DNA of 64,000 bases from Acidimicrobiia bacterium (GTDB taxonomy: Bacteria; Actinomycetota; Acidimicrobiia; IMCC26256; PALSA-610), in assembly GCA_027494135.1 (NCBI GenBank), contig JAOSJK010000012.1, positions 546,795 to 610,794 on the forward strand, in the 5' to 3' direction. The notes below the pieces were generated by a model. That model saw nothing but the letters and a program-made list of their open reading frames with translations, was not told the origin of the DNA and ran no database searches. Both the position numbers and the translations under genes were made by a program. Below are positions 59,782 to 64,000 of the stretch, one piece after another; the stretch's first letter is position 1; every line of letters begins with the position of its first letter.

Positions 59782-60798
59782 ATGCAGCACCGGCCGACAA
59801 CGATCCTCGATCGGCTCCGGGCTCTCCGTGGCCTGTTGAAGATCAGCGACGACGAGTTCAACTCCTTCATGGGCACCTACGCAGCGCTCTTCACCGACTC
59901 ACCGGAGAGCACCAGAGCCGACTACGACAACGGTCTGCCCGCACAGGGCTACAAGCAGGGCAGCAGCACGGAGCTCGAGCAGTACTACAAGATCATCCAT
60001 CTGCTCTGCACGCTCGGATCCGTAGAGAAGATGTACATGCCTCCGGTCATGGACGAGCGACAGTCCGTACTGAAGAACCAGATCCTGTTCGAGCGACTCG
60101 TGGCCACCGACCTCGATGCCGGCAAGGGCGACAAGGTCCTGGACCTCGGATGCGGATGTGGCGCGATCGCCGAGCACATCGCCGAGCTGACAGGTTCGAC
60201 CCTCTACGGCATCAACATCGACAAGTCGCAGATCGACAAGGCATGGGAGAACCCGAACCTCGTGAAGCCGAACTTCACCGTCGGCGACTTCAACGAACCG
60301 CTCGAGTTCGACGACGACACGTTCGACGCGGTCTACGCGATCCAACCGCTGACCTACGTGACCGACCTCGACTTCACATGTCGCGAGGTGTCTCGCGTCA
60401 TGAAGCCCGGCGGGAGGTTCGTCATCGACGACGTCGCCGCCCTCGACTGCTACGACCGCGAGAACGAACATCACCGAACGTTGATCCAGCACACCCGCGA
60501 GCTGACCGCGTTCGGAGGGTTCTGGCACTACAAGTACTGGGAGGACGCCATCACGAACGCAGGCTTCGAGATCCTCTCCTCCGAGGGGAGGAGCGCGGTC
60601 GCGATGATCAAGAAGGAGATCGCGCTGTACGACAAGTACGAGGCAGTGTTCTCCTTCCTCACGAGAGCCCGCGTGATGCCCAGGAAGATCAGCGCCATGA
60701 TCTCCCGCATGCACGACAACAGTCGCTCGTACATCCAGGCCGAGGAGGAGGAGCTCCTCACCCTCAACTGGAACTACGTGGCTCAGATGCCGGCCTGA
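59782..60798 (+). CDS. SAM-dependent methyltransferase resembling sterol 24-C-methyltransferases (ERG6/SMT family)
   Basis: ATG at 59782 with an AGGGGA RBS. SAM motif I is VLDLGCGCGAIAEHIAELTG..YGINID. DDTFDAVYAIQPLTY, VMKPGGRF and the C-terminal extension align in order with my recollection of ERG6. GC looks lower and the composition is Lys/Asn/Tyr-rich. Confidence 0.6.
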   Translation: MQHRPTTILDRLRALRGLLKISDDEFNSFMGTYAALFTDSPESTRADYDNGLPAQGYKQGSSTELEQYYKIIHLLCTLGSVEKMYMPPVMDERQSVLKNQILFERLVATDLDAGKGDKVLDLGCGCGAIAEHIAELTGSTLYGINIDKSQIDKAWENPNLVKPNFTVGDFNEPLEFDDDTFDAVYAIQPLTYVTDLDFTCREVSRVMKPGGRFVIDDVAALDCYDRENEHHRTLIQHTRELTAFGGFWHYKYWEDAITNAGFEILSSEGRSAVAMIKKEIALYDKYEAVFSFLTRARVMPRKISAMISRMHDNSRSYIQAEEEELLTLNWNYVAQMPA

Positions 60799-60950
60799 TC
60801 GGCACCGAAGGCCGCTGAGCTGCCGGGTCGGGTCGACCGGCGGGGCGGGTCGGGGCGCAGAGATCGGATCGGGGGCGTTGGGGAACCCGTAACCGGGAGT
60901 TCACGCGAGTCGGGGTCACAGCCGCCTGGGCGGTTGTTAGCATCGGCCCC

Positions 60951-61151
60951 GTGAAGCAGGGGACTCGGGTCGAGGTGCGATCCCGGTTCGACGACCACTG
61001 GGCGCGGGGGTTCGAGGTCTGCGACACGGTCGATGAGCAGGACGGCGTGCGCTACAGGCTCCGCCGCAGGTCCGACGGGTCCGTGCTCCCCGTGCTCTTC
61101 TCCGACGACGACGTGCGCGAGGAGAAGCGCCGGAGCATGTGGTGGATGTGA
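60951..61151 (+). CDS. Small hypothetical protein (66 aa)
   Basis: GTG start with ordinary composition (VEVRSRFDDHWARGFEV...RYRLRRRSDGSVLPVLF). No family is recognised. Confidence 0.45.
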   Translation: MKQGTRVEVRSRFDDHWARGFEVCDTVDEQDGVRYRLRRRSDGSVLPVLFSDDDVREEKRRSMWWM

Positions 61152-61160
61152 TCCGCCGGC

Positions 61161-61448
61161 TCAGGCCTTGAGGCTGGCTACCAGGTCCTCGACCGCGATC
61201 GCCTGCATGGTGGTGGTGCGCATGGTGCCCCGCGCCGCGAGCTCGATCGCCGCCCTCGCCATCGACTTCTCGTCGGGGGCCTCGATGACGTTCAGGAAGT
61301 CGTACTGACCCATCAGCGCGTACTGCGCGATGACCTTCAACCCGAACGACTCGACCTCGGCGCGGACCTCGAGGATCCGATCGGGGTTCTTGCTCAGTGT
61401 CTCCCAACCGCCTGGGCCGAGAGTCGTCAGCATCACGTAGGTGGCCAC
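61161..61448 (-). CDS. GYD-domain protein
   Basis: Intact 95 aa. It contains the MGQYDF motif and the typical beta-alpha-beta pattern of GYD family proteins. Confidence 0.75.
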   Translation of the reverse strand: MATYVMLTTLGPGGWETLSKNPDRILEVRAEVESFGLKVIAQYALMGQYDFLNVIEAPDEKSMARAAIELAARGTMRTTTMQAIAVEDLVASLKA

Positions 61449-61457
61449 AGAACCAGC

Positions 61458-61886
61458 CTACCGGCCCGCCTCGAGACCGGCGATGCTCTCCGCCTCGGCC
61501 GGGTCGGGGTCGGTGGCGAACCAGGCATCGAGCATCTCGCGGGCGAGCGCGATGCTCGTCGTCCGCAGGCTCATCGCGAGAACGTTCGCATCGTTCCAGC
61601 GGCGGGCACCCGCCGCCGTCGCAGCGTCGCCGCAGAGCGCCGCGCGGACTCCCTTGACCTTGTTCGCGGCAATCGAGACCCCCGTGCCCGTCCAGCAGAA
61701 CAGCACCCCGCAATCGGCCTCCCCTGCCGAGACGATCTCGCCGGCACGCCGCCCGACCTCGGCCCACGCGATCTCCTCGCCGGCCGGCGGCCCGATCAGG
61801 ATCACCTCGACGCCGCGTGCACGCATGTCGGCCTCCACCGCGTCGGTCAGCGGCGTCCTCTCGTCTGATCCGACGACGGCGCGCAT
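61458..61886 (-). CDS. rpiB: Ribose-5-phosphate isomerase B (RpiB/LacA/LacB family)
   Basis: Intact 142 aa. Motifs: GVLFCWTGTGVSIAANKVKGVRAA and RWNDANVLAMS. Confidence 0.8.
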   Translation of the reverse strand: MRAVVGSDERTPLTDAVEADMRARGVEVILIGPPAGEEIAWAEVGRRAGEIVSAGEADCGVLFCWTGTGVSIAANKVKGVRAALCGDAATAAGARRWNDANVLAMSLRTTSIALAREMLDAWFATDPDPAEAESIAGLEAGR

Positions 61887-61963
61887 GCGGCCAGGTTACC
61901 TGCGCCCCGTGCGAAGTCGCCCCACCCACTCCGCGCAGATCCGGTAGCCGTAACCTGGCGCCC

Positions 61964-64000
61964 ATGCCTCAGAACGTCGCCATCGTCCCCCACACGCACT
62001 GGGACCGCGAGTGGTACTCGCCCTTCCAGACTTTCCGGCTGCGCCTGGTCCGTCTCCTCGACGACCTGCTGCCGATGCTCGAGGCCGACGAGTCGTACGC
62101 GCACTTCCACCTCGACGGGCAGACCGCCGTCGTAGACGACTACCTCGAGGTCCGGCCCGACGCCGAGGCGGCGATCCGGAGCCTGGCGGAGGCCGGGCGC
62201 ATCGCCGTCGGGCCGTGGATGATCCTCATGGACGAGTTCATGGTCTCGGGCGAGACGATGCTGCGGAACCTCCAGCTCGGTCTCGCCGCAGCCGGCCGGC
62301 TGGGCGGCACCTCGGAGGTCGGGTACCTGCCCGACATGTTCGGGCACATCGCGCAGATGCCGCAGATGCTCCAGCTCGCGGGGATCGATCATGCGGTCGT
62401 CTGGCGGGGCGTCCCGGCGGCCGTGGAGCAGACCGCGTTCCGCTGGATCGCGCCCGACGGCTCATCGGTGCGGGCCGAGTTCCTCGCCGGCTCCTACTCG
62501 AACGGCCGCGACATGCCGCGCGACGCGCCGAGCCTGATCGCCCGCGCCCGCGACTACAACGCCTCGCTGGGGCGGGCGCGCCTGGGCGACCTCCTGTTCA
62601 TGAACGGGACCGACCACCAGCTCCCTCAGCCGTGGCTCGGCAGCGTCGTAGCCGACGCCAACGCGATCCAGGACGAGTACCGCTTCACGGTCACGTCCCT
62701 CGCCGAATACCTGACCACGCAGCCGAGCGACGGGCTCTTCGAGTGGACCGGCGAGCTGCGCTCCGGCGCCCGCTCGAACCTGCTGATGGGCGTCGCCTCG
62801 AACAGGGTCGACGTCCACCGGCTCTGCGCGTCGGCCGAGCGGTCGATCGAGCGCCGCGCCGAGCCGCTCCAGGCCCTCCTCATCCCAGCCAATCGCTATC
62901 CGGGGGCCCTCCTCGACATCGCCTGGCGCAAGCTCGTATTGAACAGCGCGCACGACTCCTCGTGTGCGTGCAGCGCCGACGAGGTGGTAGAGCAGGTCCG
63001 CGTCCGCTACGCGGAGGCGCGTCAGATCGGCGACGGTCTCGCACGCGAGCGCTGCACACCCTGGCATCGGCAGTCGACGCGCCCCCGCGTCGACGATCGT
63101 CGTCAACCCGACGGCGCGCGACCGTGGCGGGCTGGTCGAAGTGACCGTACCCGGGTCGGGTCCGGTCCACTTCGTGGCGTCCGACGGCACGCAGAGGCCG
63201 GCCCAGGTCGTTTCGGAGAGCGGCGGCGAGGCATGGTCCATCGATGTGAGCGGCGACGACTTCTCCTGGGTTCTCGACCTGGCGAACGGGACCGAGTTCG
63301 CAGGTAGCCAGGTGGCGTCGTTCGAGATCACTCCCCCTACGAGTGACGGCATGCACGAGGTCTGCGTGCACGCGACCTCGCCGGGCGCCACGGCCATCGA
63401 CGTCGGCCCGCTGCGAGAGCACCTGGTCGCTCTCGCATCCACCGGTGAGTCGGTGCTGATCCGGCTCTTCCTCGCGCCGGTGTCCACGGTGGTCTTCGAC
63501 CCTGGCGAGGTCCCCGGGTACGGATGGGCGACGTTCCGCCCCGCAGAAGGGGCGTCGCCACCCGGCACGGTCGCGGCGACCACGGCGGGTCTCGGCAACG
63601 AGCACCTCCGGGTGACCGTCGACGCATCCGACGGCACATTCGCCGTCGCGATCAACGACGGTCTCACCGCCTCGGGCCTCGGCCGCCTGGTCGAGGGCGG
63701 CGACGGCGGCGACACCTACAACTACTCACCGCCGGTCGAGGACCGCGTCGTGGACCGACCCGACTCGGTGGCGGTGACGACACTCGAGTCCGGGCCGATA
63801 CGCGCCCGCCTGCAGATCGACTCCACCTACACGTGGCCACTCTGCGCGATCGGCGACCAGCACCACTGCACGCACCGCAGCGCGGAGGCCGAGTCGGTCG
63901 ACGTCCGCACCACGCTGGAGCTCCGCTCGGGCGAGCGGTTCCTGCGAGTGCGCACCGAGTTCGACAACAGGTTCCGCGACCACCGTCTCAGGGTGCACTT
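61964..64000 (+). pseudogene. GH38 alpha-mannosidase-like glycoside hydrolase (3' end outside the window); two frame breaks
   Basis: ATG at 61964 (VAIVPHTHWDREWY, PDMFGH, NGTDH). Two closely spaced breaks, near 63045 and in the C5 run near 63085, move translation into the third frame. That frame stays open to the window end (...EFDNRFRDHRLRVH). Confidence 0.8.

Overview
High-GC (about 70% by eye) chromosomal segment, almost certainly Actinomycetota. Supporting genes: mycothiol S-conjugate amidase, an F420-type LLM oxidoreductase, WS/DGAT, an imuA'-imuB-dnaE2 cassette with actinobacterial LexA boxes. I support about 55 protein-coding genes and see no rRNA, tRNA, CRISPR array or IS/transposase.

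Main content:
(1) 1-13.6 kb is mostly housekeeping and lipid genes: PD-(D/E)XK nuclease, PAP2, DsbA-like, WS/DGAT, thiolase, LLM oxidoreductase, ChbG, SCP2, Mca, adenylate cyclase, VanW, and a secreted repeat+CAP protein.
(2) 13.6-38.4 kb is a consolidated dormancy/hypoxia-type island. Its gene architectures mirror mycobacterial DosR-regulon members: Hsp20, tandem USP, HAD+GH65 (OtsB1-like), receiver, DUF1918, APH+AAA (Rv2004c-like), PEP-utilising dikinase, PRTase+hydrolase (Rv0571c-like), CBS-M50 protease (Rv2625c-like), eRF1-like (Rv2629-like), and a CtpF-like P-type ATPase. It also holds a translationally coupled group 3b [NiFe]-hydrogenase operon with maturation protease and HypC.
(3) 38.4-48.7 kb: ADH, a Pat-like GNAT/acyl-CoA-synthetase fusion, rhomboid, MgtE-like transporter with a PhoU/TrkA-C regulator, ABC-2 exporter, carbamate kinase.
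(4) 48.7-55.8 kb: the SOS mutasome (dnaE2, imuB, imuA') with two LexA boxes.
(5) 55.9-64 kb: DUF222/HNH, AI-2E transporter, RNase HII, a visibly lower-GC sterol-methyltransferase-like gene, GYD, RpiB, GH38 mannosidase.

Two cross-cutting observations:
(a) A GGG-N6-GTCACC box resembling the DosR-box core occurs five times, only in non-coding junctions of the island, and once, apparently by chance, inside a CDS.
(b) At least 33 frame breaks hit 19 genes, often in G/C homopolymer runs. They cluster at 14-24 kb and 48.7-58.8 kb. Affected genes are listed as pseudogene 'as sequenced', but most are probably intact genes carrying indel errors.

All coordinates and homology calls come from reading the translations and sequence by eye. 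No database search was run.
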